DNA of 64,000 nt from Escherichia coli (GCA_025544715.1 GCA_025544715.1_4109.2), one strand, 5' to 3'; numbered from the stretch's first letter, positions 1 to 9,056 are shown. Translations and numbers: made by a program. The notes: generated from the sequence alone by a model not told the origin.

Positions 1-51
1 GTACTATATATATGTACAGAAGTATTTAATACTATAGAGGTATTTTGACTG

Positions 52-378
52 TTACATCTTATTCGTGAACTTGAATTTGATAATATCAATCCAAATTTTA
101 ACATTTCCTGCAAATAGTGCTTTGATTAGCCACATAATTGCAACAAAGTTCTCAACCAAATCCAAAGTTTTAACTACTGCACCGAGTGGGAAGATAAAAC
201 TCAAAACCCATACAATTACTGAAACCACAACAACTGTATAGAAAATACGTACAATTGGTGAATCAAGCATAAACAACTCAGAGAACTCTTTTTTATCATT
301 ATCATCAGTAATAAAGCATTCGTAAACCAGAAGCCAAATCAGAATTAAAGACGGAATTGAAATTAGTACTGATAGCAT
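52..378 (-). CDS. hypothetical membrane protein (108 aa)
   Basis: ORF track; several hydrophobic segments; tiles with neighbours. Confidence 0.45.
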   Translation of the reverse strand: MLSVLISIPSLILIWLLVYECFITDDNDKKEFSELFMLDSPIVRIFYTVVVVSVIVWVLSFIFPLGAVVKTLDLVENFVAIMWLIKALFAGNVKIWIDIIKFKFTNKM

Positions 379-438
379 ATTTTTTACCTCAAGTTTAAGT
401 GTTAAGTTTCAGACTACAGGAACCATTATACAGCACTA

Positions 439-678
439 CTAATGGTTGTCAACTGGTTTTTCTTCAATAAGCATAAGATAACTGATTACGAAGAGTAATA
501 CAGACACAATATCAATAACAGTAAAGCTCACGGGAATGATAATAGAAACCAGTACTAATGCCACGTTTAGCAAGAATACAGTAGTGATATCTACAATCTG
601 TCGTTTAGTGGCTAATGCCACTAGTGTAGGATAAAACATAAACAATAGTGCAACAACAAAACTTAGTACTAGATACAT
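439..678 (-). CDS. hypothetical membrane protein (79 aa)
   Basis: ORF track; hydrophobic throughout. Confidence 0.4.
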   Translation of the reverse strand: MYLVLSFVVALLFMFYPTLVALATKRQIVDITTVFLLNVALVLVSIIIPVSFTVIDIVSVLLFVISYLMLIEEKPVDNH

Positions 679-1349
679 TTCTTTTTCACCTTAATAAAAT
701 TATAACACAAAACCACATCAACATCTGGTTCATCATACAAGTACTCAAAACGTTCTTTACTTCGTTTAGTACCAATATAATCACCATTCTTATGCCAACG
801 CCATCCACCATCCTTTGGTTGTTCAGACTTCAGTACTGGGTGATAGCACAGGACAATTTCTTCTGGACCTTCAATTAGGTTCTTGTACTTCTTCATAATC
901 TGTTCAAGCGTATCTGCTACACCATAAGATGTATACATAAGATAAGACTCAGGACGTGGACGTCCACTTGGTAGAATATCATCAGTACTATTAAAGATAG
1001 CACGGAAGTCTTCAGATGTGTATAGACTTCCATCTTTATGGATCATTGGGTATTCATCCACTACATCGTAATCAGTGAAGTGTTCAATTGCATGTTCAGG
1101 TCGATAACCTGCAAGGATACCTGCATGTTTAGTCTGGACAATAGTCATAACAGATGTATTGTTGTTTACAGTTGGATCATGAATTTCAGCCCAGAACGGA
1201 TGATTTGGGTCAAAAGTTGCATTTACCAATGTACACTCACCAATGTAATCAAACATAGTTTCCTTGAAGTTTAAAGAAACCCCACGTAATGCCCAGTCAG
1301 GTGAAGTGATGAAATTAAGATTAACTAACATAAGTATCCTCAGATGCAA
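669..1349 (-). CDS. hypothetical protein (226 aa)
   Basis: ORF track; no motif recognised. Confidence 0.55.
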   Translation of the reverse strand: MHLRILMLVNLNFITSPDWALRGVSLNFKETMFDYIGECTLVNATFDPNHPFWAEIHDPTVNNNTSVMTIVQTKHAGILAGYRPEHAIEHFTDYDVVDEYPMIHKDGSLYTSEDFRAIFNSTDDILPSGRPRPESYLMYTSYGVADTLEQIMKKYKNLIEGPEEIVLCYHPVLKSEQPKDGGWRWHKNGDYIGTKRSKERFEYLYDEPDVDVVLCYNFIKVKKKCI

Positions 1350-1362
1350 TTTTTTGATGTGG

Positions 1363-1578
1363 TTATTGTATCAAAGATGTATCGATTTGTACAACATTTA
1401 TTGTAACTATTTCGTACATATAGTCAGGTGCATTGAACTCAGCATACCACTCAATGATCTCACAGGCAGCATCAACTTGGTTGTTCGCATTAACACGTCT
1501 TGCATAGGTACTAGACATTTTATATCTACCATTTACATACACGTTATATACACCATGACACCACCACATCTTAGTCAT
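1363..1578 (-). CDS. hypothetical protein (71 aa)
   Basis: ORF track; tiles with neighbours. Confidence 0.35.
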   Translation of the reverse strand: MTKMWWCHGVYNVYVNGRYKMSSTYARRVNANNQVDAACEIIEWYAEFNAPDYMYEIVTINVVQIDTSLIQ

Positions 1579-1789
1579 TTATACTAGGCCATACTTTGTA
1601 TTGTAAGTTCTGGTATTGAAATTTACCAATTTCATTTTTCTTACGGAATGATTCATCTACTTGAATTTCCGCATCGTACTGACCATCAGCCTGTACAACG
1701 TACTTAAATTCTTCTACGTGTGAAAAACGTTGACCTTCACCTTCTGGTTTATAGACTTGTACTAAACCTTCAACTAGATATAAATTCAT
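1571..1789 (-). CDS. hypothetical protein (72 aa)
   Basis: ORF track. Confidence 0.35.
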   Translation of the reverse strand: MNLYLVEGLVQVYKPEGEGQRFSHVEEFKYVVQADGQYDAEIQVDESFRKKNEIGKFQYQNLQYKVWPSIND

Positions 1790-1792
1790 TTA

Positions 1793-2014
1793 TCATTCCT
1801 CATCACTTTCAGTTAGCATAATGCTATGTACAGTTTCCACATAGCGGTGTGTTTTGGGTGTGTTATACTTTGTAATTTCATCAAACAATTTAAACAGTGC
1901 ATCTACTTCACTAAGAGCACGAATGAATACATCCATCTTGGTGACTACTCTGGAAAACCCGCGTATGTTATTAAATTCAGAGACGTGTTCATACACAACA
2001 TAGTATCTATTCAT
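1793..2014 (-). CDS. hypothetical protein (73 aa)
   Basis: ORF track; 4-nt overlap with next gene. Confidence 0.35.
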   Translation of the reverse strand: MNRYYVVYEHVSEFNNIRGFSRVVTKMDVFIRALSEVDALFKLFDEITKYNTPKTHRYVETVHSIMLTESDEE

Positions 2015-2529
2015 ATATTAAAAAGTTCCATGAATTCATTGAATAAAGAAGTTCTAATGCACATAACAAATTCAAAATCAACATCTATGGTGTCAAGTAG
2101 TTTGAACAACTTTGGTACTAATGGATCATTCACCTCAAAGTTATGAATCAAACTTTGTTGAAACACATTTTCTTCAGTACTATAATCAATAACAAAATAT
2201 TCAGCAATACCAGGTGGTGTGTAAACATCATATAAAATATGGCGGTGATGATTTGTTTTAGAACTAGGGGAATATATAAGTTCTATTTCATAAGATTTAT
2301 CAGCACTGCGTGCGTAACAAATAATATCAGTACTCGTTATTTCTGAACCATCACTTCTCTCTGAAAAACAAACATCAGCATAGCGTTTTCCAGAGAGATT
2401 CAAAAGGTCATGAGTTGTTTTACCATAACAGAAATCAGTTTCAATGCGTATCACATCTTGATATTCAATTGGTCTTGTATCGCGGCGTTCACGATTAAAC
2501 ACTAATTTCAACAACTCATTAATATCCAT
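2011..2529 (-). CDS. EE-x-FFQ-x-S motif paralogue family protein (172 aa)
   Basis: contains STEENVFQQSLIHNFEV, matching the family motif. Confidence 0.6.
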   Translation of the reverse strand: MDINELLKLVFNRERRDTRPIEYQDVIRIETDFCYGKTTHDLLNLSGKRYADVCFSERSDGSEITSTDIICYARSADKSYEIELIYSPSSKTNHHRHILYDVYTPPGIAEYFVIDYSTEENVFQQSLIHNFEVNDPLVPKLFKLLDTIDVDFEFVMCIRTSLFNEFMELFNI

Positions 2530-2729
2530 TACTTAGTCTCAATAACCTTTAGATTTACAAAGTCACCTTTAACCTTCATACATTTGTATTCAGTGCGAGA
2601 TTCATCACCAGCATCACGAGGCCAATGAGTTGCAGAGTAACACTGATCAGGTGTTTTATATACACCTTCACCAACGGTGCGAGTGATTTCACCATTAGTT
2701 AGTACTACTGCAAGATATAAAGTAAACAT
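2529..2729 (-). CDS. hypothetical protein (66 aa)
   Basis: ORF track. Confidence 0.3.
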   Translation of the reverse strand: MFTLYLAVVLTNGEITRTVGEGVYKTPDQCYSATHWPRDAGDESRTEYKCMKVKGDFVNLKVIETK

Positions 2730-2880
2730 ATTAGTCCTTACAATAATTTATTAATAATAATAGCACCCAAACCAAGTACTGCAATAATTGCAGATACCCA
2801 CATTATCCCGTTCACTGCACCTGTGAGTTCTTTATCAAACTCTCGGCACTTCTTGCGGTAATCTTCCCACTCTTTGTTAT

Positions 2881-3096
2881 TCACACTGCCACTCCTAATA
2901 GGTCGGTAGCTTTCTTGAGTACTACATCAATCGTTTCCAGTACTGCACCTTTGTGTTCGATTGATACAATATTATTATAAGTATCAAGATCCAAGTACTC
3001 CATATATTCAGTTTTGAATACACGAACATCAGTACTAGTGATTTTAATATCACAACCTTTATCCCAAATAACCTGCATCATTTCATTGGTAGTCAT
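2881..3096 (-). CDS. hypothetical protein (71 aa)
   Basis: ORF track. Confidence 0.35.
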   Translation of the reverse strand: MTTNEMMQVIWDKGCDIKITSTDVRVFKTEYMEYLDLDTYNNIVSIEHKGAVLETIDVVLKKATDLLGVAV

Positions 3097-3371
3097 TATT
3101 CAACCTTATCATAAACAAGTTTGTGTGTGCTTAGTACTTTGTTGTGATGTCCAGGGCATTCATATACATACAATCGCTCCTGACGTTTTTCCCAACCACC
3201 ACAGATACGACCTGATTGTGTACATATTTCATACTCGTTAATAAAAGACTTGCCTGTGAATGTACAATCCTGACGAACTAAGTCTTTTGCACTAAACCTG
3301 CCGTCATCATTACATGCTGTAAGAAACATTGTACAGAATACAACAAACACAGTCAATAGTTTTTTAATCAT
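3096..3371 (-). CDS. putative lipoprotein (91 aa)
   Basis: N-terminal signal peptide ending in lipobox-like LTAC. Confidence 0.5.
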   Translation of the reverse strand: MIKKLLTVFVVFCTMFLTACNDDGRFSAKDLVRQDCTFTGKSFINEYEICTQSGRICGGWEKRQERLYVYECPGHHNKVLSTHKLVYDKVE

Positions 3372-3736
3372 TTAAGATCTCCCCAACGGCAACCCTTCAT
3401 ATGATTCAAATTCACCTCAACTATTTCATGTGTGTCAGTGCACAATATCGACAGTTTTTTTGTAAAATCACCTGGTGAACTTTCATATTTCACACAATAG
3501 CCCTCGATACGGAGAACCGAATGGGTCCATGATTCCCACTCAATCCAAATTTCATTTGGGTGATATACAATATCTTCGTTTAGCTTGTGATATTCATCTA
3601 GTGGAAGCTGTGTAGTGATATCAACATATTTTACATTTCGAATGAGTTTTTCAAGCTGATATTTTGCATTAGCAAGATATTCTTCATCATTCAAACGTTC
3701 TAAGATATTTGCTGCACGAGTAGTATCAATACTCAT
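3368..3736 (-). CDS. hypothetical protein (122 aa)
   Basis: ORF track; 4-nt overlap coupling. Confidence 0.45.
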   Translation of the reverse strand: MSIDTTRAANILERLNDEEYLANAKYQLEKLIRNVKYVDITTQLPLDEYHKLNEDIVYHPNEIWIEWESWTHSVLRIEGYCVKYESSPGDFTKKLSILCTDTHEIVEVNLNHMKGCRWGDLK

Positions 3737-3738
3737 TG

Positions 3739-3984
3739 TTATTCTCCATGAACCACTGATGTATGCATACGAATTTTCCCACTCGTATGCGACGAAGAAG
3801 TGTTTGCATTAGGACAGTACACAGTGTATAAAGTCGCACCAGCACCATCTTGTTGCATACGATAAATCTTACACCCTGCTTCTTTTAATTCAGCAGGTAG
3901 AACAAAATCACTTGTACGTTCTTTGGTAGAAGCATCACATGCAGTGAGAAGGAAAGCGACGAGTACTGCTACGATATATTTCAT
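3739..3984 (-). CDS. putative lipoprotein (81 aa)
   Basis: signal peptide MKYIVAVLVAFLLTAC with lipobox-like LTAC. Confidence 0.5.
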   Translation of the reverse strand: MKYIVAVLVAFLLTACDASTKERTSDFVLPAELKEAGCKIYRMQQDGAGATLYTVYCPNANTSSSHTSGKIRMHTSVVHGE

Positions 3985-4292
3985 TAACGAACCTCCACTT
4001 CTTGAGAAAGAGCATGAGTCAGTGCATTTGAATTCGAACCATTCATTTCACGCTGACATACAAACATAATGGCATCTTGTACTGAACCTGCGATTTCATA
4101 CTCACGACCTTCTGGATCAGTTACCAGATGTTCAACGATACAACCACCACGCAGTACTGATGCACCAGTACTTACACTAATTCTGTAACCTAAGAAATCA
4201 AACTGCATACATGCGTCAGTAGGTTTCATCCAATAACCGCTGTTTTGATTCAAATCGATGATTACAAAACCTTGAGTGTTAGTTTGAAACAT
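3984..4292 (-). CDS. hypothetical protein (102 aa)
   Basis: ORF track; GAGGAA-like RBS upstream. Confidence 0.45.
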   Translation of the reverse strand: MFQTNTQGFVIIDLNQNSGYWMKPTDACMQFDFLGYRISVSTGASVLRGGCIVEHLVTDPEGREYEIAGSVQDAIMFVCQREMNGSNSNALTHALSQEVEVR

Positions 4293-4310
4293 AGTTAATT
4301 CCTCATTTAA

Positions 4311-4378
4311 TTTAAAAGGGCGGGAACGCAGTGACGAGTACGATTATGCTGTCTTTCCTTTCACTGCATTCCCTTTTA
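4311..4378 (-). terminator. long imperfect hairpin followed by UUUU; terminator or 5-prime leader structure
   Basis: inverted repeat aaaagggcgggaacgcagtga / tcactgcattccctttt with ~25-nt loop. Confidence 0.35.
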
Positions 4379-4386
4379 TATAAAAC

Positions 4387-4415
4387 ATAATACTGCTATT
4401 ATTCAGTACTGTCAA
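4387..4415 (-). promoter_or_regulatory. sigma70-like promoter (TTGACA-17-TATTAT)
   Basis: read on minus strand; upstream of ORF 3984-4292. Confidence 0.45.
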
Positions 4416-4705
4416 TCGATATAAGTACCTTTTTTAACATCACAGACTTCTTCCATCCAATGTGGATTTTCGTTTTTATCAGTGAAGATTTGTTCTGCTT
4501 CTTCTTTTGTTTCAGCTAGGACAATACGATCCCCTTCATCCAAATCACGGATACGATACACTTTCAGTTCTTGTTTCTTCTCAAGGATATTACACAGTTC
4601 ACGTGCTTTTTCTTCATCGCACTTCCCTTCATTAGCATAAAACCAAATTGCTTTTTTAATAAGGTCACGTTCTTCTTTAGAAAAAGACATAATATTTCCT
4701 ATCAT
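4412..4705 (-). CDS. hypothetical protein (97 aa)
   Basis: ORF track. Confidence 0.45.
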   Translation of the reverse strand: MIGNIMSFSKEERDLIKKAIWFYANEGKCDEEKARELCNILEKKQELKVYRIRDLDEGDRIVLAETKEEAEQIFTDKNENPHWMEEVCDVKKGTYID

Positions 4706-4744
4706 TTGTTAAAGTGGATTTCGTTTGATATAAACATTATACAG

Positions 4745-4772
4745 TACTGATATCTTATGTCAAGTATTAATC
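4745..4772 (-). promoter_or_regulatory. sigma70-like promoter (TTGACA-16-TATAAT)
   Basis: minus-strand reading; CAGTACTG in spacer. Confidence 0.5.
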
Positions 4773-4859
4773 ACCACAAATCATCAGATACCCAAACCAA
4801 CCAACGCAGATGACTAAACTGACAATACCAACGATAGCCTCTAACATCATTTTGTATCC

Positions 4860-5078
4860 TTAATTGATAATTTGATATTCACGATGACCATAGAAGCCAG
4901 CTTCAAGGATGCGATTACCATCAACATCTTCCAAGTCCCAACCACGGGATGTTTCGGCAATAATAGTCATGATGTGTCCTTTGGTAAAGGTTCCACTCAT
5001 AGTGGATACATCTTCAAGTAATTGAACTTTCTTTCCAACATTGGAATTCGGTTTAAACATTTTATGGCCCTTATTCAT
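4860..5078 (-). CDS. hypothetical protein (72 aa)
   Basis: ORF track. Confidence 0.35.
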   Translation of the reverse strand: MNKGHKMFKPNSNVGKKVQLLEDVSTMSGTFTKGHIMTIIAETSRGWDLEDVDGNRILEAGFYGHREYQIIN

Positions 5079-5253
5079 TGATCACATCAAGTACTTTATC
5101 CAGCTTTTTACCAATGCTTTCCTTTGGTTTCTCACCATTCTGGAATACATTAGAACTGCAATACTCAGGACGCGTATTAGGAAACTTCTCGTTCATCCAG
5201 GAGTGACCGTAAACACCCAGCATGATGCCAACGATAAGAATGATAATTTGCAT
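5071..5253 (-). CDS. hypothetical small membrane protein (60 aa)
   Basis: ORF track; hydrophobic N-terminus. Confidence 0.3.
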   Translation of the reverse strand: MQIIILIVGIMLGVYGHSWMNEKFPNTRPEYCSSNVFQNGEKPKESIGKKLDKVLDVINE

Positions 5254-5268
5254 GATAATTTCCTCTGA

Positions 5269-6057
5269 TTAAATGTTAGTAGTATAGTACTTGATTTCGT
5301 TTTGAATTGCAAGTTCTATTTGTTTATTGAAAAGAATTCCAAACTCTTTGATTGATTCACAATCGAATTCAATAGAAAAAGTATACTCTGGTACACGTAC
5401 ATTGTCAATACCCAAATACTCTTTTATGTAAATTTTAATGAGTTCACATAGTGCAGTACTAAGACATTGAATTTCAAAATGTTTTGCACCTTTGTCAAAA
5501 TACTTGAATGCATCAATATCACCTACAATAAAACTATTCTTTAATGTAGTGAATAGGTTCTCAGGAAACACGGTAATAGGTGACATTGATTTAAGAATGT
5601 ATGTATCTTTTGCATTCTTAATGTACTCAATGAAGCAGTAGTTAACGTCAGGCTCGATTGAACGATCCGCGTTATGATACCAGTGTTTAAACTCACTGTA
5701 TTCAGCAAACTTATGCTGGCGTAATGCGTTACAATCTTCACACAGTGCAGTCATGTTCTCTTTATCATTACCGCCCTGAAGACAGTCCAGTACGTTATGG
5801 TCTAACGTCATGCGTACAAGACGTTTCCCTTTAAGTACATAAGGTCTGAATTTATAACGTTCTTTAGTACTGTGCTTGTGTAAAGTGAATACTACATTGG
5901 ATTCACCACAACAATCACATTTAAAGCCATCACGTGACATTACATGAATAAGTTTGCGTGTGTTCGGTCCAAACTCAGATTTAGTAATTTTATCCACAAT
6001 TTCTGATGGTTGGTAATATTTTGAATTCCGTTGAATCAGTTCATCGATAGTGCTCAT
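5269..6057 (-). CDS. HNH endonuclease domain protein (262 aa)
   Basis: Cys-x2-Cys pair plus DHNVLDCLQGGNDKENMTALCEDCN, an HNH-type motif. Confidence 0.55.
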   Translation of the reverse strand: MSTIDELIQRNSKYYQPSEIVDKITKSEFGPNTRKLIHVMSRDGFKCDCCGESNVVFTLHKHSTKERYKFRPYVLKGKRLVRMTLDHNVLDCLQGGNDKENMTALCEDCNALRQHKFAEYSEFKHWYHNADRSIEPDVNYCFIEYIKNAKDTYILKSMSPITVFPENLFTTLKNSFIVGDIDAFKYFDKGAKHFEIQCLSTALCELIKIYIKEYLGIDNVRVPEYTFSIEFDCESIKEFGILFNKQIELAIQNEIKYYTTNI

Positions 6058-6288
6058 TTACATTATTCCTTCTATGCAACAACCAAGAATTACTTTTTTA
6101 ACTTCAACAACTCGTACCAAATAGAATCCATTTGAAAAGTTAAAACTATACATTTGTACTAAGGCATCTGCTTCAGATTTCGCACGTATACATGATAGAT
6201 AAATTTCACGTATATCACCATCTAACGATACTTGTTTCTCTGCATCGATGACAATAGAACGAATCTCAAAACGAACACCATAACTCAT
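6058..6288 (-). CDS. hypothetical protein (76 aa)
   Basis: ORF track. Confidence 0.35.
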   Translation of the reverse strand: MSYGVRFEIRSIVIDAEKQVSLDGDIREIYLSCIRAKSEADALVQMYSFNFSNGFYLVRVVEVKKVILGCCIEGIM

Positions 6289-6494
6289 TGAGTTTGTCCT
6301 ACAATAAGCTTTGTGTTAGTATTGCTATTGTAACACCACATACTTTCTTTACTAACTGTCATAAGTGACATGTGGTTTACTTGATCATAAGTACTGTCAC
6401 GTACAGAAAAACATTGGTTCATTGAGTTCATTGGGGTTATTTGTACACCGGAATTAACAGAGAAAGCGACTACTAAAAAGATTACTGAATTCAT
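6285..6494 (-). CDS. hypothetical protein (69 aa)
   Basis: ORF track; AAGGAA RBS and promoter upstream. Confidence 0.35.
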   Translation of the reverse strand: MNSVIFLVVAFSVNSGVQITPMNSMNQCFSVRDSTYDQVNHMSLMTVSKESMWCYNSNTNTKLIVGQTQ

Positions 6495-6558
6495 TGGATA
6501 TTCCTTAATGGTTAATCATCCATCTCTTCGAGATGTCTGTTCGCTTCTAATACTACGT

Positions 6559-6587
6559 ATTCTACGCGAATGATTAATAAATGTCAA
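6559..6587 (-). promoter_or_regulatory. sigma70-like promoter (TTGACA-17-TAGAAT)
   Basis: minus-strand reading; leader contains hairpin CATCTCgaaGAGATG. Confidence 0.45.
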
Positions 6588-7110
6588 GGACTTTTAATAT
6601 TGACGGGATTTGAGGAAGGGATTTTTCTTCCCCCCCACAAGGAGGGAAATTTGACGCTGATGGTATCAGAGCTATTGCATTGAAGATTACTCATAACGAG
6701 TGCGAAAGCGGGTCATCCTGTTTCTCTCTACTTCAGTTTCATATGACGGTCTACACTTTTAAACATAGTGTATCTTCATTAAGTATCTATGCAATCAAAT
6801 ACTTAATGTGAGTACTCAAATTCTGGACGCAACTTTCCTGTACAAAATTTGATAACTCTCCCTTAGATAATTCGTAAGGTGTTATCCTTATATGTCTATC
6901 AAGGAACCACCAGCTATCCTAACGTGGTTCTTTATACAGCCGCATTGCCGTGAGGGGTTCAAACTATGCCCACATCTAACGGGTTTCTTTTGCTGTTCGC
7001 ACTGTCGGACTGCTCAACTGCCCTCTACGTTTTCGAGTGGATCAGGTACATGAATATCATGCCAACAGAATTGTACAAGATAATTATATCACAAACTTTT
7101 ACTTCATCCC

Positions 7111-7145
7111 ATAAAAAAAGGTTGGCATAAGCCAACCCTTTTTCT
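7111..7145 (-). terminator. intrinsic terminator
   Basis: GGTTGGC-ataa-GCCAACC hairpin followed by U7 on minus strand, directly after the sigma gene stop. Confidence 0.6.
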
Positions 7146-8111
7146 TTAGAAATCTTCGTATTCGTACCCTTTTGCAAGTACTAGCTTCTTAAGCTTTTGC
7201 ATAGCTTCACTGTACTTTCGATGTATTGATGAACGGGATTTAACATATTTTCCATTATCATCAACAAAACCATTATCAGCAATCTCACGAAGCGTTTCAG
7301 GTTCATATTCACCTAGACCATGAACACGCTGGATAATCTCACGTTCTTTAGTACTCAATTCGTTAGTCAGTTCATTGATAGCATAACGTAAAGGTGCACG
7401 AATACTATCAACATTGAGGTTAAAATCAGAAGCAGGTGAATGAATAATGTCACCTAGTGTACCATCTGTAACACCGTCTAATGGTGCATCCAGTGAAGTG
7501 TATTCGCTTTGAAATAACAAACAATTATTAACATGCTGAATCTCAATCCCAGTACCCTCTGAGATTATTTCAGGAGTTGGGCGAACACCATGTTTACGCA
7601 TATATTCTTGGCAGAATCTTTTTACTTTGATCTTATGAACACTCATATAACGTGGGAAGTGTACCATATAGTTAGCGTCAGAACTTTCGTTATAAACTGT
7701 CATGTAAATACTAGAAGAAGCATAGGTAATGAACTTCACATTCTTATTAAGATCAAAGGTTTTTAGTGCTCTCATGAACCCCTCAACACCATATGAAATC
7801 TTATCTTCAAATGGGATATAACAAGTACATTTACTTGCTACATCAATAATAAGTCCATAATTGTAACGAACTAACAGTTCAGTGTTTTTCTTTACATTGA
7901 TACCAGCTTGAATATCACGAATTAGATCTTCATTGGTAACATTTTGTGGTCGCTTAAGTGTAATATTATATTTGAAACTGCTTTGTACTTTACCTTCATT
8001 TTCATCTTTATCTTCAACGAAATCTAAGGCTTCTAGTGTGTTGACTTCTTCATTAGCAAAACATTCATCCAGAACTTCTTCGGCAATTGTATTTAAATCA
8101 AGCTTTTTCAC
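7146..8111 (-). CDS. RNA polymerase sigma factor, sigma-70 family (321 aa)
   Basis: region 2-like GFMRALKTFDLNKNVKFITYASSSI and region 4-like LSTKEREIIQRVHGLGEYEPETLREIAD. Confidence 0.6.
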   Translation of the reverse strand: MKKLDLNTIAEEVLDECFANEEVNTLEALDFVEDKDENEGKVQSSFKYNITLKRPQNVTNEDLIRDIQAGINVKKNTELLVRYNYGLIIDVASKCTCYIPFEDKISYGVEGFMRALKTFDLNKNVKFITYASSSIYMTVYNESSDANYMVHFPRYMSVHKIKVKRFCQEYMRKHGVRPTPEIISEGTGIEIQHVNNCLLFQSEYTSLDAPLDGVTDGTLGDIIHSPASDFNLNVDSIRAPLRYAINELTNELSTKEREIIQRVHGLGEYEPETLREIADNGFVDDNGKYVKSRSSIHRKYSEAMQKLKKLVLAKGYEYEDF

Positions 8112-8132
8112 TTACATCTCCTAATGACGAAA

Positions 8133-8630
8133 TCAAAATCGATATACATTAATATTATCATCTGTGAAGCAATCATGGTTATGCACATCCATGAAAGTAC
8201 TAAACACTTTATCATATAAAGTTGTATGTTCTTCATGAATAGCAGCATCTACCATGTATTCTCCACCACTTCCCATAAAGAAAGTGTAGTCTTCATGTAG
8301 ATATTCAAGTTTTTTAATAAACTTTCCTTTAGTTAAAATCATATGAATAACATAATCTTTAGAAAGAAGCACACAATGGCAACTTAACTTTCTGTCAGGT
8401 ATAACTGGTACTTTATTAATTAACCAATCCAGTACTTTATCAATTTCACTTACTGACCCACTAGCACTGAATAAACGGTCATGTACATATAAAGTTTTTT
8501 GATTAACAACTCCATATTGATATTTTGGTCTTAGTGGGAAAAAACCAAATAAGTTTCTTGGTATAGTTGACGTAACTCTAGAATCGGTAATCAATAAATT
8601 TAATCGTTTATCAATATAAACAGTTGTCAT
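8133..8630 (-). CDS. HslV-like / proteasome-type Ntn-hydrolase peptidase homologue (165 aa)
   Basis: N-terminal MTTV (Thr after Met) and FFMGSGGEYMVDAAIH resembling HslV IAIGSGGPYA region, by recall. Confidence 0.45.
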   Translation of the reverse strand: MTTVYIDKRLNLLITDSRVTSTIPRNLFGFFPLRPKYQYGVVNQKTLYVHDRLFSASGSVSEIDKVLDWLINKVPVIPDRKLSCHCVLLSKDYVIHMILTKGKFIKKLEYLHEDYTFFMGSGGEYMVDAAIHEEHTTLYDKVFSTFMDVHNHDCFTDDNINVYRF

Positions 8631-8631
8631 A

Positions 8632-9051
8632 TTAAACCTTATCTAAGAATTTATCGTATATATAAAATTCTTTATCGGTGAATACAGTAAATCTAGGATC
8701 GAATCTTTGCATTGTGTTCGTATACAATGAACTTTTTAAATAAAAATACAAAGCAACAAATTCTGATATATGCATATTCTTTTTATTGTTACATAAATTC
8801 TTTAGCATTTTGATGCTATCAAATTCTTCTTTATCAAATCTGTACTGGTAAAAATTGTATCTATTGGATCGGCACTCATAGATACGAAGTGCCATTATAT
8901 CAATACATTCTTTAGATTTACAGTACTTATTCAATACGTCATAATCACCCGTACATAATGCTACAAAGATTTTATGTGCAAGCGTAGCTTTGCCCTCAAT
9001 CGTATAATAGCCAAAAAATTTAATGATTAAGTACTGAATGAATGTAATCAT
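8632..9051 (-). CDS. hypothetical protein (139 aa)
   Basis: ORF track. Confidence 0.45.
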   Translation of the reverse strand: MITFIQYLIIKFFGYYTIEGKATLAHKIFVALCTGDYDVLNKYCKSKECIDIMALRIYECRSNRYNFYQYRFDKEEFDSIKMLKNLCNNKKNMHISEFVALYFYLKSSLYTNTMQRFDPRFTVFTDKEFYIYDKFLDKV

Positions 9052-9056
9052 TTGAT

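Noticed and set aside
5541-5741. Internal alternative-frame minus-strand ORFs (also 11710-11943, 30170-30427, 47250-47474, 57889-58095, 63231-63461)
   Set aside because: Fully nested within longer, better-supported genes on the same strand.
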